Assembly: GCA_964547475.1 (NCBI GenBank)
Contig: CAZJNQ010000008.1
Span: 239 to 64,238 of the forward strand
DNA from: an uncultured Porphyromonadaceae bacterium
Lineage (GTDB): Bacteria > Bacteroidota > Bacteroidia > Bacteroidales > UBA12481
Direction: 5' to 3'
Length of the DNA stretch: 64,000 nucleotides
Part shown: positions 16,382 through 26,128 of the stretch, piece by piece
Position numbering within the stretch: the stretch's first letter is position 1
Layout of the letters: each line of letters starts with the position of its first letter
Made by a program: the position numbers and the translations under genes
The notes under the pieces: generated by a model
The model's database searches: none
The model's input: only the letters and a program-made list of their open reading frames with translations
What the model was told of the DNA's origin: nothing

Positions 16382-17752
16382 TTAATTGTCTTTGATACAC
16401 CGGACACTGATCCCGGTTTTCTTGTTGAAATGGGTCTTGGAGAGGTACCCGTTGCACGCAGCCACTTCCCGAATGTATCCCTCGTTCAGGTACAGGTAAA
16501 TGTAAGAGCTGGATTGCCAGAAGAATCCGCCGGAGCCAAAACTGTAGAAGGCTCCCTTGGCGTGGCGGTCGCCTGCAAAATAGGCTTCAAAACCACTGGA
16601 TCCGCCGACTTTCAGTTGAGCCCCCGCGTCACCGTACTTGTAAAAATTATTGAGGGTCTTCCAGTCGTTATCAGAAGGAAGATGCCAACCCTCCGGGCAT
16701 ATTCCGCGGGTTCCTTCCGCATCCGTGTATCCCATGACTTCGTCCCAGTCGTATAAACCACCGTACAGGTCGCAATTATGCGGGTCATTGCCCCAGCAGT
16801 ACTTTTCAATTATCCCGTTGTCAGACAGGTCGGAATGATCCATGTAGTCAACCGTGCTGGCCACATAGCGTCCCGTGTTCAGGTTTTTGGCCATCCAGCA
16901 CTGGTCACCGATCTGAACTGTCGGGTACGTATTCCCATCGGCATCCGTTACATAGGGAGTTCCCGGACAGGGATTCTTGCTCAATTGGAAAAAGGTCAGG
17001 TTAACCTCGTCTGAAGAGGTTCCGCAAGTTCCTGCAATGGTCCAGAGGAGTGTGTAGGATAAATTCGCCGAATCCTTTATGAACCAGGTGTCAGGATCAG
17101 AGGGATCTGAAAACCTTCCACCGGTTCCTGAAAGGATGGACCAGGTGCCTTGCCCGTGTTCAGCAGGATTACCCTCAAGCCTGGTCGAATCGGCAGCGAT
17201 GAAAGGCTGGTCAGGGCCCGCTGTCGCCTTGTTCGGTACATCCAGAACCCGGATATAGGCAAAAGCCGTGTCTGAGCACTGGGTCTGGCTGTCCTTAAAA
17301 CGGTAGAAAATCATGTGCAACCCCAATCCGGCCTGAGCGGGATTGAATTTACCTTCAGTAACACCGGGTCCCCATGCGGTCCCTCCGGCAGGAGTTCCCC
17401 CCGTCAATACAAAGGCACGCTCATTAATGCACGCGGTATCCCTTGGATCGAAGATCACAACGGGTGGTTCATTTATCAAAAGATGAATGATGTCAGAGTA
17501 AACGGGAGCACACATTCCTTCAATAACTTCTGACCGGTAAAAAGCAGGTTCAGCTGCGACCAATTCCAGGGTATCATTTCCGGATCCGTTGATCCGGCTC
17601 CAGTCAAATCCGTTTGCAGAGATTTGCCAAAACACCTCGCCACGGTAACTTGGCAACGAAAACCATACCGTATCCTGCCGACAGGCATAATGCTGGCCCA
17701 CGGCAAGCATCGGTAAGGAAACCAGTATCAATGAAATCCATTTCTTTTTCAT
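16382..17752 (-). CDS. Secreted protein with Ig/PKD-like repeats and C-terminal FISUMP (Fibrobacter succinogenes major paralogous) domain
   Basis: Signal peptide; DADGNTYPTVQIGDQCWMAKNL, YGGLYDW, GICPEGWHLPSD, SVRCIKD. Confidence 0.88.
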   Translation of the reverse strand: MKKKWISLILVSLPMLAVGQHYACRQDTVWFSLPSYRGEVFWQISANGFDWSRINGSGNDTLELVAAEPAFYRSEVIEGMCAPVYSDIIHLLINEPPVVIFDPRDTACINERAFVLTGGTPAGGTAWGPGVTEGKFNPAQAGLGLHMIFYRFKDSQTQCSDTAFAYIRVLDVPNKATAGPDQPFIAADSTRLEGNPAEHGQGTWSILSGTGGRFSDPSDPDTWFIKDSANLSYTLLWTIAGTCGTSSDEVNLTFFQLSKNPCPGTPYVTDADGNTYPTVQIGDQCWMAKNLNTGRYVASTVDYMDHSDLSDNGIIEKYCWGNDPHNCDLYGGLYDWDEVMGYTDAEGTRGICPEGWHLPSDNDWKTLNNFYKYGDAGAQLKVGGSSGFEAYFAGDRHAKGAFYSFGSGGFFWQSSSYIYLYLNEGYIREVAACNGYLSKTHFNKKTGISVRCIKDN

Positions 17753-17765
17753 ATTCCTCTGCTCC

Positions 17766-18389
17766 TTACCTGATTAACAAACGAAAGGATAATACCCTGC
17801 CGGCCATTAGCAGCTTCAGGAAATAAACTCCGCTGTCGACAATGCCCGTATCGATCTCGACGGACCGTACCGACGCCTTTTCCCGGAAACTCCGGGTATA
17901 AACCACCTTGCCCAGGGTATTGATCACCTCAATGTTTTGCAGTTGCTGTGATCCAACCTCCAATCCTGAAAGTATGAACTTCCCTGAGGATGGATTGGGA
18001 TATACAACGAGTCCGGTATGCCAACTGTCAGTATCTGTACCCAGGCAAGGATCAGCAAAAATCGTTATCTCGTCGGTTGCGGTACAGCCTCTGACATCAG
18101 TCACCTGTAGGGTATAGGTGATGGTATTGGCCAGCAAGGCTGTCGGATTCGGTGAAGTGGAATCGTCCAACCCTTCTGCCGGTGACCACAGGTAAAAATA
18201 GTCCATGGAACCACCGGTCGCTGCCGGGTCGCCACCGAGTCTTACAGATCGTCCCGAACAGACGATTGTATCAGGGCCGGCATCAGCCGACAACAGGGGC
18301 GACTGATTGAATCCAACAAGGATCACCTGGGCATTCAGACCCGAAAGGTTTGGAACCACAAGGAAGAGTAGCAACAATAGTCTATGCAT
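17766..18389 (-). CDS. Small T9SS type A sorting-domain protein with one PKD-like module
   Basis: MHRLLLL signal peptide (ATG 18389); ADAGPDTIVC...YLWSP; CTD VYPNPSSG...SGVYFLKL...RLLIR; TACCTTTG box at 18411-18418 (-). Confidence 0.85.
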   Translation of the reverse strand: MHRLLLLLFLVVPNLSGLNAQVILVGFNQSPLLSADAGPDTIVCSGRSVRLGGDPAATGGSMDYFYLWSPAEGLDDSTSPNPTALLANTITYTLQVTDVRGCTATDEITIFADPCLGTDTDSWHTGLVVYPNPSSGKFILSGLEVGSQQLQNIEVINTLGKVVYTRSFREKASVRSVEIDTGIVDSGVYFLKLLMAGRVLSFRLLIR

Positions 18390-18459
18390 CGCAAATCGGT
18401 TTGATCGGGTCAAAGGTAAATAGCTAAACACTTTTCTGGCTACTTTTGTTCTCTATATA

Positions 18460-19083
18460 ATGAACAACGATTTATATCTCAACGGCAGGAAGTTACCTGT
18501 TATGGAGGAGTTTTATTCACTCCAGGGGGAAGGCTTCAATACCGGAAAACCGGCCTTTTTTTTACGGATCGGGGGTTGTGACATCGGTTGCGCCTGGTGC
18601 GACAGCAAATTAAGCTGGTCAGCTGACCATTATCCGCTGGCCGATGTTGATGAGATCGTCGGCAGGATCAGGTCTTATCCGGCCAAAGCTCTGGTTGTAA
18701 CGGGCGGAGAACCAGGACTTTATCCGATGGATTACCTGTGCGACAAAGTTCGTGAAAGCGGGATACTGACCTATCTTGAAACTTCGGGTGCATACCCTTT
18801 GAGCGGTTCATGGGACTGGATTTGTCTTTCTCCTAAAATTCAAAATCCGCCGCACCCTGCAAATTATGAGAAGGCAAATGAATTGAAAGTGATCATCGAA
18901 AGTCCGGGTGATTTTCACTGGGCCGAGGAAAACGCACGGCGGGTCAATTCTTCCTGCCACCTGTTCCTGCAGCCAGAATGGAGCCGGCGGAATAGGATAC
19001 TCGAAGACGTCATTGCTTACATCTGTAACAATCCAAAATGGAGGCTCTCCCTCCAAAGCCACAAGTATATAGGAATACCCTGA
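18460..19083 (+). CDS. queE: 7-carboxy-7-deazaguanine synthase (radical SAM)
   Basis: EFYSLQGEG, CDIGCAWC (CxxxCxxC), VTGGEP, LSPK, SLQSHK; TACTTTTG box at 18441-18448. Confidence 0.93.
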   Translation: MNNDLYLNGRKLPVMEEFYSLQGEGFNTGKPAFFLRIGGCDIGCAWCDSKLSWSADHYPLADVDEIVGRIRSYPAKALVVTGGEPGLYPMDYLCDKVRESGILTYLETSGAYPLSGSWDWICLSPKIQNPPHPANYEKANELKVIIESPGDFHWAEENARRVNSSCHLFLQPEWSRRNRILEDVIAYICNNPKWRLSLQSHKYIGIP

Positions 19084-20999
19084 TGCTCATGTTCCCGGCC
19101 ATACTCATCGGGCTGTTGCTATTACCCATCAGCCTGGTAGCCCAGCCCGGATCCCGGATGCCGGCCCGACTGGCCCGGGAACTTGACCGGATAGGCAGAC
19201 TTGCCGGTGATATGGAATGGGAAAAGTCACATAAAGCGGCGGAACGATTGACAAAAGTTTACCCGGATTGGCCGCAGTCTTGGTTGATGCTGGCAGAAAC
19301 GGAAAAAGGGCTGGGACAGGAGCCGGCTTCCGAGCGATCCATGCAGAAGGTAATCCTCCTCGATTCGACAGGTTTTCCGCAAGCTTACCAATGGCTGGCC
19401 TGGCGTAAATTCCGCACGGGATCTTATTACGACGCCCTGCGTTGTTTCGATGGATATCAGCGATCCAGGAGAAACCATTCACCGCTGACCTGGAATGACA
19501 GTCTCCTACTCTGCAGCATCCGGTTTGCGATCGACCAGGGTAAAAAGACGGGAATCGTCATGCCGGAAAAGCTCCCTGCGGCGATCAACACGGTTCATGA
19601 TGAGTACTTTCCGAGCCTCACGGTGGATGGTTCCGTCCTGGTTTTCACCCGGCAGCAAACGGTTCGATTGGATACGCTGCCGGTGAATAATCAGGAGGAT
19701 TTGTACGAGTCCCTGTATAATTCCGGTAGTTTTACCCCTCCGGAAAAAATGCCGGAGCCAGTCAACACCGGAAGCAATGAGGGAACCCAGAGTTTGTCAC
19801 AGGATGGCCGGATCATGATTTTTACCGCTTGCAACCGGCCTGATTCCAAAGGAGGATGCGATCTCTACCTGTCTGAAAAAGCGGGACGTTCATGGGGCAA
19901 GCCGGTCAATATCGGTTATCCGGTCAACACGCGTTATTGGGAATCCACGCCCTGCTTGTCTGCAGATGGCCGTTACCTTTTTTTCTCCAGCAACCGGCCG
20001 GGTGGGCGAGGGCAGATGGATATCTGGAAAAGCGAAAAAACCAGCGAAGGGAATTGGACCCAACCGGTAAATCTGGGATCACCGGTCAATACCCCGGGCA
20101 ACGAGATGTCACCTGTCATGCCGCTCGATTCACGAATTCTTTATTTTGCCTCTGATGGACATCCTGGCATGGGAGGCTTTGATTTGTTCAGGTCAGAGCG
20201 GGGTATAACGGGAAATTGGATGCAGCCGGTAAACCTGGGATTCCCGGTCAATACCTGGGCCGATGAGGATGGTCTCGCGTTCTCTGCCTATCAACGCCAG
20301 GCGATCATAGCTTCCGGCAGGGACTCACTCAACGGGAAAGACCTTTTCCTGATCCCCTGGGATATGCCCGAAGAATTACAGAACCTGATCATTGCGGGCA
20401 GAGTCACTGATCAGCGGAACGGCAATCCGGTGTCCGCAAGTGTGCAGGTTCAATCCCTTGCAGACAGTATAATCAGTTCAGTCGTATCGGATCCGGTGAC
20501 CGGGGAATACCTGGCAGGCATTCCGGAAGGAACCGCATTCAGGATCAACGCCACCGCTCAGGGTTATCTGCCCTATTCAGGAACCCTCATCATCGGCGAA
20601 AAGGATACTGCCAGGGTAGTAAAAGCCGATTTACCCCTGCAATGGGTGGATCAGGGTGCCAGTGTAATTCTCTATAATGTTTTCTTCAGATGGGATTCCT
20701 ATGAATTGCTCCCGGAATCCGTTCCGGAATTGGACCAGGTCTGCCAGGTGTTGTCGGAAAATCCGGGCATCTGTGTCGAGATCGGGGGACATACCGATTC
20801 AACGGGGACGTTTGATTACAACATAACATTAAGCTACAGGCGCGCCGAAGCCGTTTGTAAGTACCTGGTAAGCAAAGGAATAAATCCAGCCCGATTGCAG
20901 GCTAAAGGCTATGGATTCACCAACCCGGTAAGTGGAAACCTGACTCCCGTGGACAGGGCAAAAAACAGGAGGACCGAATTAAAGGTACTTGTTCAATAG
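19083..20999 (+). CDS. TPR + PD40 beta-propeller + carboxypeptidase-regulatory-like + OmpA-C protein (PorE-like architecture)
   Basis: Repeated PVN.G.PVNT PD40 units; OmpA-C GHTDSTG...LSYRRA...NRRTE; ATG shares one base with the queE stop (TGATG). Confidence 0.85.
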   Translation: MLMFPAILIGLLLLPISLVAQPGSRMPARLARELDRIGRLAGDMEWEKSHKAAERLTKVYPDWPQSWLMLAETEKGLGQEPASERSMQKVILLDSTGFPQAYQWLAWRKFRTGSYYDALRCFDGYQRSRRNHSPLTWNDSLLLCSIRFAIDQGKKTGIVMPEKLPAAINTVHDEYFPSLTVDGSVLVFTRQQTVRLDTLPVNNQEDLYESLYNSGSFTPPEKMPEPVNTGSNEGTQSLSQDGRIMIFTACNRPDSKGGCDLYLSEKAGRSWGKPVNIGYPVNTRYWESTPCLSADGRYLFFSSNRPGGRGQMDIWKSEKTSEGNWTQPVNLGSPVNTPGNEMSPVMPLDSRILYFASDGHPGMGGFDLFRSERGITGNWMQPVNLGFPVNTWADEDGLAFSAYQRQAIIASGRDSLNGKDLFLIPWDMPEELQNLIIAGRVTDQRNGNPVSASVQVQSLADSIISSVVSDPVTGEYLAGIPEGTAFRINATAQGYLPYSGTLIIGEKDTARVVKADLPLQWVDQGASVILYNVFFRWDSYELLPESVPELDQVCQVLSENPGICVEIGGHTDSTGTFDYNITLSYRRAEAVCKYLVSKGINPARLQAKGYGFTNPVSGNLTPVDRAKNRRTELKVLVQ

Positions 21000-21081
21000 C
21001 CTGATAAAAATCATATCTCTTTCTTAGGGTGATATGGCTTCAGAAACTACTTTTGCAACATCATTTAAAACCATCACCGTG

Positions 21082-21483
21082 ATGAAGATTGACCGTATCG
21101 AACACATTGGTATTGCCGTAAAAAACCTCAGCGAAGCCATCCGGTTCTATGAGGATATCCTTAACCTGAAATGTTACGGAATTGAAGAGATCGCAGATCA
21201 GAAAGTCAGGACTGCCTTTTTCCAGGTGGGGGGTACCAAGGTCGAATTACTGGAATCAACGGATCCGGAGGGCCCGGTTGGAAGATTCATCGACAGCAAG
21301 GGGGAGGGAATTCATCATATTGCCTTTGCAGTTGACGATATCGTCAGTTCGTTGAATGAACTCAGGGAAAAAGGTGTACGCCTGATCGATCAGGCCCCCC
21401 GAAAGGGAGCAGAAGACCTGAAGATAGGTTTTCTTCATCCCAAGGCCACTCTCGGTGTATTGACTGAATTTTGTTCCAAATAA
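21082..21483 (+). CDS. mce: Methylmalonyl-CoA epimerase
   Basis: [27 protein letters not shown]...GVLTE; TACTTTTG at 21048-21055 supports ATG 21082. Confidence 0.93.
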   Translation: MKIDRIEHIGIAVKNLSEAIRFYEDILNLKCYGIEEIADQKVRTAFFQVGGTKVELLESTDPEGPVGRFIDSKGEGIHHIAFAVDDIVSSLNELREKGVRLIDQAPRKGAEDLKIGFLHPKATLGVLTEFCSK

Positions 21484-21497
21484 TACTATTGCCAACT

Positions 21498-23060
21498 ATG
21501 TCCTCGAATCAGGAGAAGATCAGGGAACTGATCGACAAGAGGGAAGAAGCCAAACTGGGCGGAGGCCTGAAACGCATTGATTCACAACATGCCAAGGGAA
21601 AGATGACTGCTCGTGAAAGGATTGACATGTTGCTGGATGAAGGGAGTTTTGAAGAGTATGACATGTTTGTCACCCACCGTTGCACCCATTTTGGCATGGA
21701 AACCCAGCAGATCCTTTCTGACGGTGTTATTACGGGTCATGGCACCATTGATGGCCGCATCGTGTACCTGTTTGCACAGGATTTTACTGTTTTCGGCGGA
21801 GCTTTATCGGAAACCTTTGCACAGAAGATCTGCAAGATCATGGATCAGGCCCTAAAAGTGGGAGCGCCGGTTATCGGCATCAATGACAGCGGAGGTGCCC
21901 GTATCCAGGAGGGTGTCAATTCTCTGGCCGGCTATGCAGAGATCTTTGAACGGAACATCCTGGCTTCCGGAGTCATTCCCCAGATCAGCGCTATTTTTGG
22001 ACCCTGCGCTGGTGGAGCGGTTTATTCACCGGCCTTGACAGACGCCATTATCATGAGCGAACAGAATTCATACATGTTCGTGACCGGTCCTAAAGTGACA
22101 AAGACGGTGACTGGAGAGGATATCTCCGTTGAAAACCTGGGTGGGCCGATGGTTCATGGCAGAAAGTCGGGCGTGGCTCATTTTATTGCCCGCGACGAAG
22201 AGGAAGGCCTTCTGTTGATCAGGAAACTGCTGAGCTACCTTCCCAGCAATAACCTGGAAGAGGCACCTATGATTGATAACCCCGATCCGGTTGACCGGCT
22301 GTCCGACCTTCTGAACACCATCATCCCGGAGCATTCCAACCAGCCCTATGATGTCAAGGACGTGATCCACGAGATTGTTGACAACAACGAGTTTTTTGAG
22401 ATGCACAGGAACTTTGCGCAAAATATTGTCGTGGGCTTTGCCCGTTTCAACGGTACTTCCGTCGGTATTGTGGCCAACCAACCCAGTCATATGGCCGGTG
22501 TTCTTGATATCGACGCTTCGAAAAAAGCCGCCCGGTTTGTCAGGTTATGTGATTGTTTCAATGTACCGATTTTGACACTCGTTGATGTCCCCGGATTCTT
22601 GCCGGGCAGTTCACAGGAATTCGGCGGAATCATCAGCAACGGGGCTAAATTGTTGTACGCCTATGGGGAGGCGACCGTACCGAAAGTCACGGTCACCTTG
22701 AGAAAATCCTATGGCGGTGCGCATGACGTGATGAGCTGCAAGCAGTTACGGGGCGATATCAATTATGCATGGCCGACTGCTGAAATTGCCGTGATGGGTG
22801 CGGCCGGAGCCATCGAGATCCTGGAAGGCAGGGCTATGTCGGAGATAAAGGATCCCGAAGAGAAGAAAGCGTTCTTTGGACGGAAGGAGTCGGAGTACCG
22901 GGACAAATTTGCCAATCCTTATGAGGCAGCCCGTTACGGTTATATAGATGATGTCATTGAACCCCGTAATACCCGCTTCCGCATAGTCAGGGCTTTCCAG
23001 ACGCTGTCTACAAAGAAGGATGTCAATCCTCCCAAGAAACATGGCAATATTCCACTCTAA
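21498..23060 (+). CDS. mmdA: Methylmalonyl-CoA decarboxylase alpha subunit (carboxyltransferase)
   Basis: [45 protein letters not shown]; sits in the mce-oadG-BCCP-oadB context. Confidence 0.92.
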   Translation: MSSNQEKIRELIDKREEAKLGGGLKRIDSQHAKGKMTARERIDMLLDEGSFEEYDMFVTHRCTHFGMETQQILSDGVITGHGTIDGRIVYLFAQDFTVFGGALSETFAQKICKIMDQALKVGAPVIGINDSGGARIQEGVNSLAGYAEIFERNILASGVIPQISAIFGPCAGGAVYSPALTDAIIMSEQNSYMFVTGPKVTKTVTGEDISVENLGGPMVHGRKSGVAHFIARDEEEGLLLIRKLLSYLPSNNLEEAPMIDNPDPVDRLSDLLNTIIPEHSNQPYDVKDVIHEIVDNNEFFEMHRNFAQNIVVGFARFNGTSVGIVANQPSHMAGVLDIDASKKAARFVRLCDCFNVPILTLVDVPGFLPGSSQEFGGIISNGAKLLYAYGEATVPKVTVTLRKSYGGAHDVMSCKQLRGDINYAWPTAEIAVMGAAGAIEILEGRAMSEIKDPEEKKAFFGRKESEYRDKFANPYEAARYGYIDDVIEPRNTRFRIVRAFQTLSTKKDVNPPKKHGNIPL

Positions 23061-23072
23061 CCCTGCAGTTAT

Positions 23073-23435
23073 ATGGAACCTTTATTTATAGTAGCCCCGA
23101 CGGATCTGAAGCTGGGCCTCATCATTACCCTGGTCGGCATCGGAGTTGTTTTCAGCGCCCTGGTAGTTCTGACCATCATCTTTAACCGGATACCTGAGAT
23201 CCTGAAATTCAACCTCGGGAAAAAGATCAGAAAATCCGGTCAGGAAGATCAGGAAAAAGTCAGTTTTCAGAGCATCAGCGGGGAAACCAACGCTGCGATA
23301 GCAACAGCGCTCTATCTCTATTTCAATGAGTTGCATGACAAGGAATCCAATGTCATGACCATTGAGAAAGTATCGAAACGTTATTCTCCCTGGAGTTCGA
23401 AAATCTATGGTCTCAGGAACATATCCGTCCGATAA
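23073..23435 (+). CDS. mmdD: OadG-family decarboxylase membrane anchor (delta/gamma subunit)
   Basis: TM GIGVVFSALVVL, AAIATAL, C-terminal SPWSSKIY. Confidence 0.8.
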   Translation: MEPLFIVAPTDLKLGLIITLVGIGVVFSALVVLTIIFNRIPEILKFNLGKKIRKSGQEDQEKVSFQSISGETNAAIATALYLYFNELHDKESNVMTIEKVSKRYSPWSSKIYGLRNISVR

Positions 23436-23456
23436 ACGCCTCAACAACCGAGCGAA

Positions 23457-23873
23457 ATGAAATCATTCAAATTCAAGATTCACGGTAATCAATACGATGT
23501 CGAGATCCGGACAATTGATAACAACATCGCCAACATCGAAGTTAATGGAACGGAATATCAGGTGGAGATTCAACACCAGGTACCGGTGACCAAAACACCT
23601 ATACTCGTCAGGAATCCCGTTAAAGCGCCCGAATCCTCGTTGCATGTTGTAGTCAGCGGCTGTTTGCAGGTCAGGACTCCGCTTCCGGGTAACATTCTCG
23701 CTATCAGCAAGAAAAATGGTGAAACAGTTAAAAGTGGTGAAGTCGTCCTGACCTATGAAGCCATGAAAATGGAGAATAAAATTCTGGCCGAAAAGGAGGG
23801 TGTGATCAGGAATCTTACCGTGAATCCCGGTGACATCATCCTGCAGGACCAGATACTTTTTGAAATTGAGTAG
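23457..23873 (+). CDS. mmdC: Biotin carboxyl carrier subunit
   Basis: PLPGNI and biotinylation motif EAMKMEN. Confidence 0.9.
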   Translation: MKSFKFKIHGNQYDVEIRTIDNNIANIEVNGTEYQVEIQHQVPVTKTPILVRNPVKAPESSLHVVVSGCLQVRTPLPGNILAISKKNGETVKSGEVVLTYEAMKMENKILAEKEGVIRNLTVNPGDIILQDQILFEIE

Positions 23874-23879
23874 CGGATC

Positions 23880-25229
23880 ATGAAGAAAGCGATAACCATT
23901 TTCGGGGCTATTCTGATCCTGGCATCAATTTCCTGGATCTTCCCCGGACAGACATCCGGTACCACCGGATCAACGGTTCCCGGTTCCATCCAGGTGGCTT
24001 CTCAAGGCATCGAGTCACAATCTACGGGCGATGAGATAGCCAGTTTTACCCAATCCGCTAAAAATGGGATCAAGAAATTCTGGTCTTACAGCGGCTTCCG
24101 GAATGCTTCCTACAAGCATATCCTGATGATCATGGTGGGCTTGATTTTCATTTTCCTGGCCATAAAGTACGAATACGAACCTTTACTGCTGGTTCCGATC
24201 GGGATGGGGATCCTGATCGGAAATATACCCTTTTTGCTTAACCAGGGACTGGGTATAGGGATATATGAAAAAGGAAGCGTTCTGAATTACCTCTATTTCG
24301 GGGTTACCGCAGGGGTTTATCCTCCGCTGATCTTTCTGGGGATCGGGGCGATGACTGATTTCTCGTACCTGATTTCCAATCCTAAAACACTTCTCCTTGG
24401 TGCAGCTGCACAGGTGGGAATATTCATCACATTGCTCGGTGCTTTATTCCTGGGTTTTACTCCCCCCGAAGCTGGCGCAATCGGGATCATCGGCGGAGCT
24501 GACGGTCCAACGGCGATTTTTACTTCTGCCAAACTGGCCAATGGCATTAAAGAGTGGCACGGAGTTGTTACATCCAACCTGATCGGACCCATTGCCATAG
24601 CAGCTTATTCATACATGGCACTGGTTCCGATTATCCAACCGCCGATTATGCGGTTGTTAACCACCAAACAGGAACGCCTGATCCGAATGAGAGCGCCCAG
24701 GCAGGTTTCCCGGTTGGAAAAAATAATATTCCCGATAGTTGGCTTATTGCTGACTTGTTTTATTGCACCCAGCGCATTGCCACTGTTGGGCATGCTGTTC
24801 TTCGGCAATTTGTTGAGGGAAAGCGGTGTGACCCGAAGGTTGGCTGAGACAGCCAGAAATTCTTTGCTGGATATTGTTACCATCCTGATCGGACTGACGG
24901 TTGGTGCTTCTACCCAGGCCAATGTTTTTCTCACTCCGAAATCGATTATAATTTTCGGTTTGGGAGCGTTTTCATTTATTATTGCCTCTGCCAGCGGAGT
25001 TTTATTTGCCAAGCTGATGAACCTGTTCCTCAAACCGGGAAATCGGATCAATCCCCTGATCGGCTCGGCAGGTGTATCCGCAGTACCAGATGCAGCCAGG
25101 GTGTCGCAGGTGGAAGGTTTAAAGGCGGACCCGACCAACCATTTGTTGATGCATGCGATGGGGCCCAACGTGGCCGGTGTGATTGGAAGCGCTGTCGCAG
25201 CTGGTATTTTGCTCAGTTTCCTGATGTAG
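23880..25229 (+). CDS. mmdB: Na+-translocating decarboxylase beta subunit
   Basis: EPLLLVPIG, GAMTDF, IIGGADGPT, YSYMALVP, HAMGPNVAGVIGS. Confidence 0.95.
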   Translation: MKKAITIFGAILILASISWIFPGQTSGTTGSTVPGSIQVASQGIESQSTGDEIASFTQSAKNGIKKFWSYSGFRNASYKHILMIMVGLIFIFLAIKYEYEPLLLVPIGMGILIGNIPFLLNQGLGIGIYEKGSVLNYLYFGVTAGVYPPLIFLGIGAMTDFSYLISNPKTLLLGAAAQVGIFITLLGALFLGFTPPEAGAIGIIGGADGPTAIFTSAKLANGIKEWHGVVTSNLIGPIAIAAYSYMALVPIIQPPIMRLLTTKQERLIRMRAPRQVSRLEKIIFPIVGLLLTCFIAPSALPLLGMLFFGNLLRESGVTRRLAETARNSLLDIVTILIGLTVGASTQANVFLTPKSIIIFGLGAFSFIIASASGVLFAKLMNLFLKPGNRINPLIGSAGVSAVPDAARVSQVEGLKADPTNHLLMHAMGPNVAGVIGSAVAAGILLSFLM

Positions 25230-25274
25230 ATTGAGAAAACGGACGTATCTTCAAATCCTAAAGACAGGTAGGAT

Positions 25275-25802
25275 ATGGTTAGATTATTCCTTTTGCTGGC
25301 CCTCTTGGCACCGGCTTTTCCGGGATGGTCGCAAAAGCTGCTGATCAATGAAATAGCAGCTGCGGTTGTCAATTCGCAAGTCGATGATTATGGTGAGTTT
25401 GAAGATTGGATCGAGATCTATAATCCTACAAAGTACGATATCGATGTGGGAGGCTGGTTTTTGACCGATAACCTGAATAAACCAACCAAATGGCGGATTC
25501 CCCATTCTCGTCCTGAGCTTACGACAGTGCACGCCGGCGGGTACCTCCTGCTTTTTGCTGACGGAGATACGCTTCAGGGCCCGTTGCACTTGGGATTTGC
25601 CCTGAAAAAGAGTGGCGAGCAGTTAGGCCTCTTTAACCATGATGGTGAAAACCTGGTCCTGATGGATTCCGTCAGCTATGATAACCTTCAGGCGGATTGC
25701 TCATACGGCCGGTGCCCTGAACATAAGGGATTATGGAGTGTCCTGAATAAACCCACTCCGGGTAAAGCTAATATCTGCCCCCGTTCCCGAAAGACTAAAT
25801 AA
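25275..25802 (+). CDS. Secreted lamin-tail-domain (LTD) protein
   Basis: Signal peptide; LLINEI...DWIEIYN...GWFLTD...SYGR...PTPG. Confidence 0.8.
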   Translation: MVRLFLLLALLAPAFPGWSQKLLINEIAAAVVNSQVDDYGEFEDWIEIYNPTKYDIDVGGWFLTDNLNKPTKWRIPHSRPELTTVHAGGYLLLFADGDTLQGPLHLGFALKKSGEQLGLFNHDGENLVLMDSVSYDNLQADCSYGRCPEHKGLWSVLNKPTPGKANICPRSRKTK

Positions 25803-25804
25803 AT

Positions 25805-25832
25805 AAAAAAAGCCGGCCAAAGCCGGCTTTTT
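25805..25832. terminator. Bidirectional intrinsic terminator
   Basis: A-run, AGCCGGC-CAAA-GCCGGCT stem-loop, T-run, between the convergent LTD and ferredoxin genes. Confidence 0.85.
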
Positions 25833-25846
25833 GAAATGTAATTCCG

Positions 25847-26014
25847 TTAAGCGGGATGAATAGCTTCAACCGGACAAACATCTGCGCAGGCACCACAATC
25901 GGTGCATTCATCCGGATTAATTTTGTAAATGTCGCCCTCGGATATAGCTTCTACCGGGCATTCATCAATGCAGGTTCCGCAAGCGGTGCAATCATCATTA
26001 ATAACGTAAGCCAT
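25847..26014 (-). CDS. 2[4Fe-4S] clostridial-type ferredoxin (55 aa)
   Basis: Not in the ORF track. MAYVINDDCTACGTCIDECPVEAISEGDIYKINPDECTDCGACADVCPVEAIHPA has two CxxCxxCxxxCP motifs; TAACTTTG box at 26041-26048 (-). Confidence 0.96.
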   Translation of the reverse strand: MAYVINDDCTACGTCIDECPVEAISEGDIYKINPDECTDCGACADVCPVEAIHPA

Positions 26015-26128
26015 GTCTGTATAATTTAAATTATGCTCGCCAAAGTTAAATGTTTTTTATAAAAGAACAATCGGCCATTATTTTTGTAATTTACAAGACC
26101 AATAACAACCGTCTAATTTATTACCCTG

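Noticed and set aside
16236-18431. Genomic island integrated at tRNA-Arg
   Set aside because: No integrase and no duplicate of the tRNA 3' end seen; only two secreted-protein genes lie before housekeeping queE.
18460-19083. queE as part of a 7-deazaguanine DNA-modification (dpd) system
   Set aside because: No dpdA, tgt paralogue, queC, queD or folE nearby; housekeeping queuosine synthesis is the simpler reading.
24605-25372. 255-aa antisense ORF
   Set aside because: Shadow of the hydrophobic mmdB frame with no motifs. The same applies to the other overlapping antisense ORFs such as 11984-12556, 1168-1710 and 8982-9449.
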